DNA from: Octopus sinensis
Lineage: Eukaryota
NCBI RefSeq assembly: GCF_006345805.1
Contig: NC_043002.1
Coordinates: forward strand, 120,156,001 to 120,220,000
DNA: 64,000 bases
Reading direction: 5' to 3'
Program-made: the position numbers and the translations under genes
Part shown: in pieces, positions 1 through 14,219 of the stretch
Position numbering within the stretch: the stretch's first letter is position 1
Layout: each line of letters begins with the position of its first letter
The notes under the pieces: generated by a model
Told to the model about the DNA's origin: nothing
Seen by the model: only the letters and a program-made list of their open reading frames with translations
The model's database searches: none

Positions 1-481
1 GGGTGTCAAAAAGCAAAAGAAAATGGAAAGAGGAGAGGTAGAATGCTTTGTATATTAACTGGAAGCTGGAAGAGTTTTATTTTCGATTTAGCAGAATAAG
101 CAATACACAGACGGATGTGTGATGAATATTGAGTGCCTGGTATATCATGCACGGTGCATGTTTTGTTTCGGTTATTGTAAAGATGTAAAAGTCTCACGGA
201 TTTCAAGACTTAACAAATCAATGGCATCCTTATGTAGTTGTGTATAATACACAAACGCACATACACTGAGACACACACAAAATTTCTCACATACACACAC
301 ACAAGTATATGTATATATGCGCGTGTGTGTGTGTGTGTGTGTGTGTTTATGTGTATATATGTGTGTTTGTTTCTGTTTGTGAGTGTATTTGTGTAAGTAT
401 ATAGACATACATATATACATATACATATATGTGTGTATGCGTATATATATATATATATACGTAAGTATGTATATGTGTGTG

Positions 482-541
<60 letters not shown>

Positions 542-543
<2 letters not shown>

Positions 544-1187
544 CAATAATAAATCTCAGAGCGAGTTATAAACAGTAGCTACAAGACATCGTGACGTACA
601 TTTGCCATTTAAATATGGCTAACCCCTAAGGGTGGATGCTACTGTAGTTTGTAGTCCCAGGAGGATACCTTCTTCAGCTGGCTTTAGACACACTTTCTGT
701 GCTCTATCAGTGTTTGCAAAGGGAAGCCATCCTTCCTGTCTTCAACATATGATACACACGGACTCGAGTTTCTGGGTATTGACCCGTCATAACCCCTTAA
801 GGGTTAGCCATATTCAAATGGCAAATATACGTCACGATGTGTTGTAGCTACTGTTTATAACTCGCTCTGAGATTTATTGTTGCTTGTTTACACTTTTTCG
901 ATAACAGTGTCTATCGATACTGGAAAACGTATAAGTATTTGTGAAGGGAACCTGCTTCTCGTCGACAACTGTGATTGCCATACGCCGATGACGGGTCAAT
1001 ACCCATAAAATCGAGTCCGTGTGTATCATATGTTGAAGACGGGAAGGATGGCTTCCCTTTGCAAACACTGATAGGGCACAGAAAGTGTGTCTATGGCCAG
1101 CTGGAGGAGGTGTCCTCCTGGGGCTACAAACTACAGTAGCATCCACGCTTAGGGGTTAGCCATATTTAAATGGCAAATGTACGTCAC
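542..1187. mobile_element. Penelope pLTR/retrozyme-like element: inverted arm plus a ~352-nt permuted unit, inside (TA)n
   Basis: 542-790 is the reverse complement of 988-1187 followed by 836-884. 801-835 recurs directly at 1153-1187. Contains an HHR motif and is flanked by TA-rich microsatellite. Confidence 0.7.
979..1023 (+). ncRNA. Minimal type I hammerhead ribozyme, decayed copy
   Basis: catacg-CCGATGA-c gggt caat accc a-TAAA-atcgag-TC-cgtgtg. The inverted copy (minus, ~755-790) keeps GAAA-ctcgag-TC but is truncated within the core. Confidence 0.7.
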
Positions 1188-1428
1188 TATAAATATATAT
1201 TATATATATATATATATATGAATGTGCGTATATTTACGTATGTGTGTATATATGAATTATATGTATGTATATATATATGTAATGTGTATGTATATATTAT
1301 GTTCTCTTGGAGATTATTAATTCTCATGACGTCAACTATATATATATATATGTGTGTGTATGTATGTGTATCTATATATATATATGTAGTATGTGTATAC
1401 ACACACACACACACACATATATATATAC

Positions 1429-1496
<68 letters not shown>

Positions 1497-1822
1497 TGCA
1501 TTCCAGATAGTAGAAGCCATGCAAATCTGTGTAGTATAAGCGCATTTCACTGTTTAGGACGTTCTCTGCGATGCATGTTCGGTGTTTGAGACGGATTCTT
1601 TAGCTTATTCATGCAAATAAACATTTACATAGGAAATAGTCAAGTATAAGAAAGTACAGTAAACACACATACCTATATATATGTGCATATGTGTATATAT
1701 ATATATATATTATATATATATATATGTGTGTGTATGTATGTGTATACACACACACACACATATATATATACATATACATACACACACACACACATATATA
1801 TATACATATATATATATATATT

Positions 1823-1871
<49 letters not shown>

Positions 1872-1893
1872 GTATATATACATATATACATAC

Positions 1894-2280
1894 GAGTGAC
1901 TGTGTGGTAAGTAGCTTGTTTACCAACCACATGGTTCCGGGTTCAGTCCGACTGCGTGGCATCTTGGGCAAGTGCCTTCTACTATAGCCTCGGGCCGACC
2001 AAAGCTTTGTGAGTGGATTTGGTAGACGGAAACTGAAAGAACCCCTCGTATATATGTATATACATATATATGTGCGTGTATGTTTGTGTGTCTGTGTTAG
2101 CATTGCTTGACAACCGATGCTGGTGTGTTTATGTCCCTGTCACTTAGCGGTCGGCAAAAGAGACCGATAGAATAAGTACTGGGCTTACAAAGAATAAGTC
2201 CCGGGGTCGAGTTGCTCGATTAAAGGCGGTGCTCCAGCATGGCCACAGTGAAATGACTGAAACAAGTAAATAGTAAAGAG
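1894..2280 (+). mobile_element. SINE family A (tRNA-like head, internal microsatellite), slightly 5'-truncated
   Basis: Near-identical to copies at 19066, 24458 and 29156. A-box-like (ctgtgtggtaag) and B-box-like (ggttcagtcc) motifs; tail aaatgactgaaacaagtaaa. Confidence 0.85.
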
Positions 2281-2765
2281 CAGAGTATATATAAAAATTT
2301 ACTATAACCGAAAACAGAAAAGAATAAAGACACTGTTGCATATATTATTTCTTGATTTAATTCTTCTAGTGTGTTCTATAAAGCTATAGATATCCAATGA
2401 TTGGATGGACAGCAATTGCAATATAGACTAAATTCAGAATTCTTAATCGTTGTGTTTATTTAATTTTATCGTTGCTATTCAATATCTGACCTCCAGTGTT
2501 ATATATCAACTAGAAGCGATTGAAATCTATTTTATGTATTGATAACACAATAAGCCGTTGTTAACATACCATAAAAGTCAAACACATAGACAAATAACAC
2601 ACAATTTCATATACACAGACTCACTTTCTTACGGACGGGGTTATATACATACATACACACATACATACATATATATATACATATATATACTTATATATAT
2701 ATATACGTATGTATATATATATATATATTTATATATACGTATGTATATATATATTTATATATACG

Positions 2766-2802
<37 letters not shown>

Positions 2803-2998
2803 GTATGTATATATGTATGTATGTAATATATGTATTACGTAAGTATATACGTGTGTGTGTGTGTAAATTTTTTGGGGGAAGGTGTCTGTACATTTCAATA
2901 CGACACTATATATACTTCTTCTGTTTAGCCTTCACTGTTGGCAATAAAACGATTTTAATGTGATAATCCAATATCGTTAATTACACTGAAATTTGTGT

Positions 2999-3040
2999 TA
3001 ATTATTATTATCATTATCATTATTATCATTATTATTATTA

Positions 3041-3082
<42 letters not shown>
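2999..3082. repeat. (ATT)n microsatellite at the 3' end of the Dong/R4-like element
   Basis: Direct trinucleotide repeat abutting the element 3' UTR. Confidence 0.95.
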
Positions 3083-3085
<3 letters not shown>

Positions 3086-4170
3086 GTTTGAATTTTGCTT
3101 TACATTTGCACAAGCTGGCTCCAAGTCTCACCCAGAGACCTCAAGAGACAACAAGTTGGAAGTTCATCGTGGTGTTATGCATAGGGTGCCATATATTTGG
3201 TTTTGTACTTAGTGTTGTACTAGTGAATGCCTAAAAAACCGTACGAAAATTATGTTTGTTTTATAACTTGAGATTACATAGAAAGTATTTTTCGTAGGAT
3301 ATGAGCAGTTCCCATGAGCACTATCTTTTGAATTTCTGCCATTTTGGGGTTTCCTGGTATCTGAGCTAGGCAGCAATCAGCCCCATTTGCTGTCATTCCC
3401 AGGGCACCTATGACAACAGGAATTGTTTTAGTCTTCAGGTTCCACATTTTGCTGATTTCTATTTCAAGATCTTTATATTTGCTCAGTTTCTGGTAGGTCT
3501 TGACAGATACGTTTATATCGATTGGGACAGTCATATCAACGAGGAGGCATGTTTTTTGTCTGAAGTCATTTACTATGATGTCTGACCTATTCGCGTCTAT
3601 TTTTCTGTCAGTTTGAATGGTGAAGTTCCAGAGGAGTGAGATGTGGTCATTTTCAAGCACAGGCGGTGGTTTGTGTTCCCACAAGTTTTTATCATGGCTT
3701 TTTCAAATTACCCAGTGAATATATTGTGCAGCTCTATCATGCCTGTTGAGATACTCTGTAGGCGCTAGAAGACTGCACTTGGAGACAACATGATCAATGG
3801 TTTCATTTTGTTGTTGACATACACGACATGTTGGGCTACTGCCGTTCTTTAATATGTTGGCCTGGTAGTTCCTTCTTGTAGGTAGGCATTGATCTTGAGC
3901 TGCTATGATAAACCCTTCTGTTTTAGATTTTAAGCCAAAGGCCATTAGCCATTCATGCGTCAAGGTTTTGTCAACATCTGCATTATTCACTCTCTTTAGG
4001 TATTTGCCATAGAAAGGTTTTTCTTGCCATTTATCATTCAGAATATATAAGGCAGCGGTTTTAGCACGGGATTTCATGCGTTTAGCTTTTTCTGTGCTTG
4101 TTTCTTGTGTGTCTAATTCCGAAATTTGTTGTATTCGGAATTCACTTAAATATTCCTTTGTTGTGATGCT
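3083..4170 (-). mobile_element. 5'-truncated RLE-type non-LTR retrotransposon (R4/Dong-like), frameshifted
   Basis: ORFs 3703-4230 and 3274-3684 encode a CCHC knuckle (CRVCQQQNETIDHVVSKC), a restriction-like endonuclease motif (NRSDIIV...LLVDMTVP...KLSKYKDL) and PVVIGALG. The 3' UTR ends in (TAA)n. Confidence 0.85.
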
Positions 4171-5048
4171 CTTATGGTTACTGTATTGAAAGTGTTTTGC
4201 GTAGGATGTGTGCAGTGCCCAGTAGTGCAATTAAATGAGCAGGGCAGCGCCATTTCGTACGGCTTTGTCTGTACTTTGCATGAAGTAGCTAGAGCGTCAG
4301 CCAATATATTACGGTGAGTGCGCTAGTGTTTCATATATATACGTATGTGTGTGTGTGTGAGTGTGAATGCGCATCTCCTCTCCATACACACATCTCTCAT
4401 CTCTCCCTTTCTCCCTCTCTCTGTATGTATATATATATATTAATTGATGATGGTAATTGTAAGGTTCAATCTACGGTATAATAGCAATGAATTCTGCATG
4501 GGCCATTGGATGTACATACACAGGTAAATATCACTCACTAAAAACAAGAGTAATATTTGAGGCAAAGAAGATACAAAAATGTCACACAGAGTTAGACAGG
4601 TGAAAGCACGACCTGAATACAGTAAGAATAGAAAGAAAAACAACAAAGAAATAATTCTACAATGACGCTTAAAACAACAAAGAATTAAAACAAGAGAAAA
4701 TTGATTCTCAAGTGATACATTCCAAACAGAAAGAAGAAAAAAGAATTGAGAGAAGGCATCTGTTCTCATGGGCGGCCTCAGGCGAGAACTATTGTACAGT
4801 CTTTGCTTGCTGCTGTTAACTTTTATATTTCAAGCGTTTCAGGCAGTGCATTTGCGTATCTGACACCGTGTGGTATTTTGGGTTATTTGTTTTCCGCTTT
4901 GTCTTAAATATATATATATATCTTACTCGTTTTTCCATTCTCGTGTTTGCTGACATTTTCTTGAGAACACACTCTTCATGGTAAGGCAATATGACGTCTA
5001 TCTTTAGCATATTAGCAATCTACCTTGGTGGTCATTCCTTTTAATTTG

Positions 5049-5109
<61 letters not shown>

Positions 5110-5690
5110 CATATATTGGTGTGTCGGTGTGTGTTCTAAGGATCCGTGAGAAAAATGTGCCGGCCATATTGACTTTATTGTCGATGTGTGCACGTAATCG
5201 TAAGTTATTAGATATGGTTGTACCCAAGTCACTGATACAATTTGAATCTTCCGAGTGTAGAAAGTATTGGAGTTTAAGTATATCTGGATTCGCTCAAAAT
5301 ATTTCATTATTTAACACTGTTTTCCCCACATTAGATCAGGCCTTGTGAAGTTAATTTTAGTCTCATACAGTCACATACACTCATAATGAATTTTTGCAGA
5401 TTAGATTCGTCTACACAGAGATGAGCCGCCATAAGGAACTGAGGGACACCATTAGTATACTTCGTGTATATATATATACACATATATATATATACATGTA
5501 TTATATATATATATATATTATATAATATTATATATGTATGTAATATATACATGTATGTATATATATACATACATACGCATATATATGTATATATATATAC
5601 GTATGTAAGCATATATTTATAATGTGTACATATATATGTGTATATATATATTTGTGTGTATATATATATATATATATATGTGTGTATCTA

Positions 5691-5792
<102 letters not shown>

Positions 5793-6060
5793 TATATTAC
5801 ATATATAATGTATATGTGTGTGTGTGTGTTTATGTCTGCAAAATCGTGTGCCTTGCACGCATGTCTGAACTTGTGTATATAATTTTCAGTGTAATGCGTA
5901 AGTATAAATGATCGAAGTAAAAGATATATTTCATGTAGATCGATAACTACTTACATATATTTCCTACTACATCTTATATATGTATCTATCTTTCCCCTAT
6001 GCTTCCATTGTCCTTCACCCTCTCTCTCTTTATCTATCTTTATGTCTATCTTTATATCAA

Positions 6061-6115
<55 letters not shown>

Positions 6116-6723
6116 CTATACATATGCTCATAGATATGTACGTATATGTGTATACATGCATATGTATGTCTATTATATGTTTACGTAATTTTTGATACAT
6201 AAGGAGATAAATACATTTACGTCCAATCACATAGTCGCAAAGGCATATTTGCATCAGCGTTTTGGTTTCAACAGAATATACGTGAATATATGCATATATT
6301 TGCATGACGGGATATTAACATGAATATCCAAATATATTCATAAGTACCTTATCGATAAATCGACGCAGCATGCTAAAATAAACGTTCAAGATACCGAGAT
6401 ATAAAAATTATATAAATCTTTAGTCACACACACACTCACGCCCACACATGCACACAAACAAACACACATACACATGTATACGTACGTACTTACATACCTT
6501 TCACACTCACTACACGAAATCACAAACGCACATGTAGTTAGGACATGTGTTCCAATTACTCAACAAAACTCTGTAGCTATTTTATTTTATGCATATGAAT
6601 TCCTTAAAATCAGGTCTGCACAAATACAGAACCGACGGATAGTGAACTATCCCTCGGTTCTGTAATTGTGCAGTTTAGATTCGCCTACACAAAGATGAGC
6701 CCGCCATAAGAAACATTAATGAC

Positions 6724-6774
<51 letters not shown>

Positions 6775-6779
<5 letters not shown>

Positions 6780-7027
6780 CTTTATTTAAAGCAGCAGAAA
6801 ATTCAACAAAACCTGTTACTCTGAGTTTCCCGTTGCCGTTCATCGGACAGTTTTGCATTGTCCTTCACCCTCTCTAGCAAAAACTGTCCGATAAACGGCA
6901 ACGGGAAACTCAGAGTAACAGGTTTTGTTGAATTTTCTGCTGCTTTAAATAAAGTATATTACTCTACCACTGGTATTTGAGTACTCTTTTTTCCACCTTG
7001 TTTCACATTTATGTGTTTACTCCGGTG
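6775..7027. mobile_element. Penelope-like inverted pLTR pair in (TA)n
   Basis: Arms 6775-6856 and 6877-6959 are near-perfect reverse complements, each with an HHR motif. Both flanks are TA repeats. Confidence 0.75.
6806..6856 (-). ncRNA. Minimal type I hammerhead ribozyme (U4C core)
   Basis: Minus strand: gcaaaactgt-CCGATGA-a cg gcaa cg g-GAAA-ctcagag-TA-acaggttttgt. Stem I closes with one bulge. The plus copy (6877-6928) has CCGATAA. Confidence 0.75.
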
Positions 7028-7445
7028 TATATATATATATATATATATATAGCATCAGTGTTCTCATTTATGGAAGTGATTTAAATAAAGGTTTCATGCC
7101 TTGTAACAATCGCCTTCAATGTCACCATGCAAGATTTGAACTACCTAAATGTAATACTGCGATCTGTAACTTGAGAGAATACATCCACTTTCATACATTC
7201 AGTTGTTTATTAGTGTACACGAGAGTAATTTGTATGGAACTTAAATTACGTGGTACGAACTTGATGAATAGAAAATTTTGAGACAGGAAATAGTAAAACT
7301 TTTGCTGGTGATTTTTCAAGAAGAATCCACTAAAAAATAAAAGTACAGGAATTAACTCCGTGTAGATTGCTTAGCAGAAGTTTGGTAGGTGTAATCGATA
7401 ATGTTTTCATCCATTGAGCAACACACATACACAGTCGCGAGGGCG

Positions 7446-7535
<90 letters not shown>

Positions 7536-7578
7536 CGCATGTGTCTATGTTTATGAATAAATATATATATATGCATTT

Positions 7579-7998
7579 AGGGCGGCGAGCTAGCAGAAAC
7601 GTTAGCACGTCGGGAGAAATGCGTAACCGTATTTCGTCTGCCGTTACGTTCTGAGTTCAAATTCCGCCGAGGTCGACTTTGCCTTTCATCCTTTCGGGAT
7701 CGATAAATTAAGTACCAGTTACGCACTGGGGTCACTGGGGTCGATGTAATCGACTTAATCTGTTTTTCTGTCCTTGTTTGTCCTCTCTGTGTTTAGTCCC
7801 TTGTGGGTAGTAAAGAAATAGGTAGTTCATCTGTGGTTACGTTCTGAGTTCAAATTCCGCCAAGGTCGACTTTGCCTTTCATCCTTTCGGCGTCGATTAA
7901 ATAAGTTCCAGTTACTGGGATCGATGTAATTGACTTAAATCCTTTGTCTCTTCTTGTTTGTCCCCTCTACGTTTAGCCCCCTGTGGACAAAAAGACAT
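7579..7998 (+). mobile_element. SINE family B with a partial tandem second copy
   Basis: ggcggcgagctagcagaaacg head; gagttcaaattcc B-box-like motif; central gcctttcatcctttcggg.tcgataaattaagtacc (Meta-domain-like). Many copies in the window. Confidence 0.85.
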
Positions 7999-8757
7999 AA
8001 ATATATCATATTTTACGAAGAAACCAAAATATATTAAGCTAATGATACGACTTGATAAACACAGAAACACACTTTGGAAAATGTGTTGTTCATAATATCC
8101 ATTCATGAGAATATCTTCATCTATTTATGTGCGAGAACACGTAGTATGTTCATGCCTTGGTACCATATGTATAAAGCATGTGAACCTGCGCTGCTTGAAA
8201 ATTTAATGTTGCTGGATAGTTTATTGCCAGCCCTTCATTTTTTTTAATAAGATGCCAAATTCATTATATAAGCAACAAAATATAATACTCTGCTCAACTG
8301 GCCTTCGTATATTGATCAGTAAATACTCTTGCTCTCTCACTCTCTCTCTCTCTCTGATATATATATAAATATAAATATATATATATATGAGTGCATGTGT
8401 GTATAAGGACATAGAGAAGGAGAGAGAGAAATTGAGTGACAGAAAGAGACTGATAAAGAGAGTTAACAATACAAGTAAGTTTATGTGGTGAGGAGACAAG
8501 CAAACGATACTTTTAGCAAAATATGTGACTGAGAAAGCAGAGAAATAACAAGCAAAAAAAAAACAAAAATAGGAAGAATGTGTATGTGTAATGAAAGATA
8601 CAGAAGAGGATTTAGCGCTTCTTATTTATTAAAAGGAAGGGAAGCAAATATGAGCAGCGAAAAAGAAATTTACGAAACGAAAAATACGACGCTGCATGCC
8701 AGACCTTAATGTATTAACTATCTGTATCTATCTATCTGTATCTATCTTTCTCCGTAA

Positions 8758-8864
<107 letters not shown>

Positions 8865-10053
8865 ACATACATACATACATACATACTACATACATACATA
8901 CATTTACACACACACACATATTCACTTACTAATATCATTCACAAACTTCCTACGACTATTGAGAGGTCGTCGGAGTTTAGATTAAAATAATGCAATGTGT
9001 CCTCATGTTTATTATATGAGTATTATTTATAAGCACGTAAAGGAAGCTTACTATATTTAAAGATCCCCTTCCAGTGTAGACTAATTGAAAATAGTCGATG
9101 TCTTCCCTACAGTATCTATTGCTCATATAGTGGAAAATCAATATTCTATCCTTAAAGTATTGACCGTTCTCTGGTGATCGGAATTTTTTCCTGTATAAAT
9201 CAAATATGCACGATTCTATTAATTAACGATTTTCAGTCCTAATCGTGTGAATCCTGTTCATAAGAAATTCTTACAACATGTTGGATTCAAACACTCTGAA
9301 ATACTCTTTAAAACTTTGCTATGTAAATATAACTGGAAATCAGTTTTAAAGGATCATAACATTATCAATAATAAAACTGATTGCTCCACCATCGAAAATG
9401 AAAGCCCCATTATAGTAAATGAATGGCTCTGCACTAATGATTCGGTGAAATCTCTGCCTTTTTACAACATTATATTAAATCCTTATAGAATTTTGAAGAA
9501 ATATCGTAAAAGGAACATTTCAACAGTAATATTTATCGTTATTCACTGAAGGATTTCGAAATACCAACCAGTTAAATATTTTCCCTTACATCATTACTAG
9601 TCACACACCAGAAGATGCTAATTTAATAATAATTAAAAAAATGGCGCATCCACAATATAGCGTCTTTAGCGGGCTCTTCCTATATTCCTTACGTATTTTA
9701 CATACATTATTCAAAAGGAAGGCATTATGTAGTTCTCACACGTGAATAGATGTAAAATGTGTGACTTATTTGCTAGCGCTTCCAACAACCTCTCAAATTT
9801 TTATATCCTCTTAGCTATTCCTAAATTTAATCTCTTTCCTAATATTATTGATTCATAGTAATTACCTGATTCTCAAATACAAGCATCATCAGCGTCATGT
9901 ACAAATACACAAAACAGACAACCACACTTACAGAAACGAATTCACACACACACACACACACACATGTATATATATATATGTTTCAGTCATTTGACTGCAG
10001 CACCGCCTTGAAGGCATAAGGATGAAAAGGCACACGCGAGTTGATATATATGA

Positions 10054-10501
10054 AAAAACAAGTCAAGATAGAAAATGCTAAAATAATTTTATAAAGAACA
10101 TTTCAGTACCGGTTTCAGTCATTTGAGACTTTTTCAACTGAAACGATTTAATAATTAAATTTAGAAAAATTAAAAGAAAAGTTTTTTTAAAAGAATATTT
10201 GTATTGTTTTCAAATATGAGTGCCATTTTCCTTGTTTCTGCCTTACTCTGTCTCTCTTGTTTACACTTGTGGGTTCGAGGTTGAACCCGTGTAAACAAGA
10301 GAGACAGAGTAAGGCAGAAACAAGGAAAATGGCACTCATATTTGAAAACTATACAAATATTCTTTTAAAAAAACTTTTCTTTTCATTTTTCTAAATTTAA
10401 TTATTAAATCGTTTCAGTTAAAAAAGTCTCAAATGACTGAAACCGGTACTGAAATGTTCTTTATAAAATTATTTTAGCATTTTCTATCTTGACTTGTTTT
10501 T
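10054..10501. mobile_element. Penelope-like inverted pLTR pair (~213-bp arms)
   Basis: 10054-10266 and 10289-10501 are reverse complements with few mismatches. HHR motif in each arm; TA-rich flanks. Confidence 0.75.
10099..10145 (-). ncRNA. Minimal type I hammerhead ribozyme (U3-A8 core)
   Basis: Minus strand: cgtttcag-TTGAAAA-agtc tcaaat gact-GAAA-ccgg-TA-ctgaaatg. 8-bp stem I, 4-bp stem II, palindromic stem III. The plus copy 10410-10456 has G5A. Confidence 0.8.
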
Positions 10502-10529
10502 ACATATATATATATGTGTGTGTACATGC

Positions 10530-10572
<43 letters not shown>

Positions 10573-11159
10573 GTGTGTGTGTGTGTGTGTGGTGTGTGTG
10601 TGTGTGTGTGTGTGTTTGTGTGTGTGTATTTGTATGTATGTATGTATGAAAGAAGTTGAAAAAATGCACTGGGATTCGTTTAGATTTTTTTGTTTTTTAA
10701 TTATTAAAGATTCAACCTGTTTCACTGATTTCTTTGATTTTCGAAAGTCGAAACAGAAAGACGTAAAGCAAATGCTGCAACTGCCTTGCTTCTGATTAGA
10801 ATTGAAAAATTGTCTTGTTTTTATAGAGTATTATAATAAGAGATCTGTATAGAGATATATTAGAGTATATATTAGTATCTGTTCAAGATACGTTTTGATT
10901 AGTCGGGAATGATCATGTGGTCACGTTTAGAAATTTTTGTAAGAGCCCCGCTACATCCATTCTTTAACATTATGTAATAAAATGTTTGGCACCGTTATGG
11001 TTATCAGGCTTGAGTGAAAGTATCTAGTGACAATTTCCAGCATTCAATGCTGTCTGAGTTTTATGACAAATGTAGTAGAAAAAGATTTCGGGATTAGTAG
11101 CAAACTTAGAAATCTTTGCAGGTTCTCCACTACGTCCGTTTTAAACATGTCTAGTGACA

Positions 11160-11740
11160 GACCGACGTACGCAAATTTAGTCATAGCATACATGGAGATC
11201 CGCACATATGAACAATGTAAATTAAAATATGGCTTCGACTTCCACAAATATTTACTATAAAGCTGGAAACATCACTTAGATGACGACCTGATTTTGCGGA
11301 CGCACACGTTTGACCAACTTATTGAATTTAGAGACCTAATTAACAGTATAAACTGTAGTATCCACTTCATCATATAGTACAGTAAAACTGACCTATGATT
11401 CCTTGGTATTCTAATCATCAAGATGGGCTAAAACATTGAAACTGACATTCATTACAAAGTAACAGAATATAAACACTATATGTTGTCCTACTCGTGCTAT
11501 CCCAAATGCACGAAGAATCTAGCAAGAAGAATCCGCACAGATGTCGCAAATGTTAAAACTCGCAATAAAAGACTCCAGGAATTAAAACAATAACTACTCG
11601 AGAGAGAAAATATCTGTTAACGTTAATAGACAACGGAACAGAGCGTGCCAAAGTAAAAGATATTCAAGAATTGCGAAAAACATAAATCAATTCCGATGCA
11701 CCCTATACTTTACTCTTTGTTTCAACACACAACCCAATAT
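11160..11740 (+). pseudogene. Penelope-like reverse transcriptase remnant (C-terminal half and thumb)
   Basis: Manual translation through stops: PTYANLVIAYME...WKHHLDDDLI...LINSINCSIHF...FLGILI...IETDIHYK...SCYPKCTKNLARRI...RLQELK. This follows the PLE RT motif order. Confidence 0.8.
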
Positions 11741-12172
11741 ATGATCCAGTTTCCTTCTGTATCATATATTGGGTTGTGTGACCTTACATAAAGGCCATAT
11801 TCCTTTTCTTATAAATCTTAATTTTCATAATGAATCCACCTACACATCTTTGTCGTTACTGTTGTCTCTGACCCTATCATCCTCCTTCTCATCATCGTCA
11901 TCACCACAGAACAATATTACAGCAATACTAGTTAAAGGAATATGGATATTATCTTTATTTTGACTATAATAATTTCATCGTATAGACTAAGAATTTAGCT
12001 TTGACTAAATTACATCGTTATTACAAAAATATGCCGTACTGAAATTTGTGTACCATTCACTCACATATGCACAAGCGCACCATAGTGCATGCATACATAT
12101 ATACATACATACACCCGACGTCCACCTCTTGTATTTATTTCTCCTCTGTATGTGACGTCCTGTACCCATATA

Positions 12173-12228
<56 letters not shown>

Positions 12229-13933
12229 TATATATATATATGTGGTATTTATTTAATTGAACGCGACGCATCCATTCCCAAGAACGTTTATATATATATA
12301 CACACATATACATACATATCTACACATGTAGACATATATGTATGTGTGTATGTATTATGTATGTATGTATGTATGCATGCATGCATGCGTGCATGAATGC
12401 ACGTTTGTTTGTATGTGAGTGAATGGTAGAGAGAGATATATATATATATAGATACATAAACATATATTCATAACACAGATACATATACTCACACGCATTA
12501 TTCTATATCTATGTATATATCTCTGTATCTCTCTCATCCTCTCTCTCTCTCTCTCTCTCTCTGTTTATCTATCTGTACATGCGTGCGTGGGAGGGAGAGA
12601 AAGAATATCTTCATTTAAAATTTGTATGAAATCGATAAGCAATGAAACACTGAAGACATGATGCGGAACCTAACCATTCTTAGTGGTCTGTCTTGTGAAT
12701 TTGATTATTTCTTCGCAATTCGAAGAAAACATTTATAAACTGCAAAATACCTTCCTATACTCTACATCGCTGGTTCAATAGTTTGATTGTATTTCTAGGT
12801 CTACCTTTATTTTTATTATTTTGCATATCTGATATGTTAAATGCCCATCGTATTTTATTTATTAATTTTATTTGATATCATCTCTGGAAATTATAGATAA
12901 TTAATAAACTGTCTCTCACGCTTTATCTTTTTATGTTTAACAGTTTCTATATACAAAGTAACTGGGGTGGAGATGTTTTATTTACAAAACTTCTTTCACA
13001 GGGAAACAAAAACATTAATAACGACCATTTGAATAAGCTGAGTAACGTCAAGAATAAGGTTCGTTAAAGTTTCCATTGTATCTATAAGATACTCTGTGAA
13101 CCTTTTAATTAAAATTGTTCAAGCTCCAATATAAAATATCGAACACTTCTTGTGAAAATAGAGTTTGATAGCAAATGGCTCGTTATACCATTCATGCCTT
13201 TTCCAAGAGAAAACGAATTGAACGAGATCCAACCAGTAACTATGCCAAAGAATGTATTCGCTGTGAGTTTAGCACTAGCTTTTCAGTTCATGCCACTTCT
13301 TAGAGGAATCTAACTGTAGCAACAAAAGAAACTGCTATTATTGATTTCAGATTTGGCACAGGGCCGAAAATTTGTTGAGAAGGAGTATAGTGTATTAAAT
13401 GAACTTCAGTACATGCTTGTACTTATTTTAATCAAATCTGGTATGAGCAAAATAGACACTGGGGTAATTGGATATAAGAAGATGTTAGTTTTGAAGTAAA
13501 AACTGAAAGGAATAAAGTCTAGCAATCTATTATATCTGCCACTCCATTGACTTAGAAACGACAATTAATAGTAATAAAAGTGTGTACTGCAAAGTGTGAA
13601 GCGATGCTCTTCGAAAGAGATGAACTCAACAGAGTATTGGAACTAAGACCGAATAGGTAATACTACTTTTCGTTTGGCCCCCGGTTCTGATTCCAGGTAA
13701 AATTCATACGTTACTTATTTTCATGTCTTCCTGAGACAGATAAAAGAAGAATACTGCTTTGAAGCGTTGTTGTTGTATACAAAATGATTAAGCTGCGGGT
13801 CAAGACAAGGTCGGAATTTACTGTGATGTTCATAAATCAAGGTAAAGTGGAATAGGTGTGAGGGTGGTTGGTAGAGAGTTCCGACTGATAGTTCTTTCTA
13901 TCTTTTCTTTGTCCTTCTCTCTATGAGTATATA

Positions 13934-13976
<43 letters not shown>

Positions 13977-14140
13977 CACAAAACAAATATAAGAGAGTGT
14001 CAATATATTGCTCACTCTAGCACCAGTTAATTCCAAAAGGTTTCAACCACGAAGATACATGTTTCCCATGAAAGCCAGTACGACTGTTAGCTCACACGGA
14101 CCAGGGCAAGTAAAAAAAAACAAAAATACAGATTATTTTT

Positions 14141-14219
14141 TTGGGACAATTGTTTCGCTATTAATGAATTAAATGTAATATTACTTACAAAAAAAATCCA
14201 TTTGTAGCTCGTCAGCCAA
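14141..14219 (-). ncRNA. Type I hammerhead ribozyme, canonical core, long loop II
   Basis: Minus strand: ttgg-CTGACGA-gcta...tagc-GAAA-caattg-TC-ccaa. Palindromic stem III and GUC cleavage triplet. Confidence 0.85.

Noticed and set aside
9247-9549. 100-aa ORF as host exon or Helitron Rep
   Set aside because: No convincing motif or splice context.
10850-11145. Inverted 5' part of the Penelope RT
   Set aside because: Only a YSNI-like word; similarity too weak.
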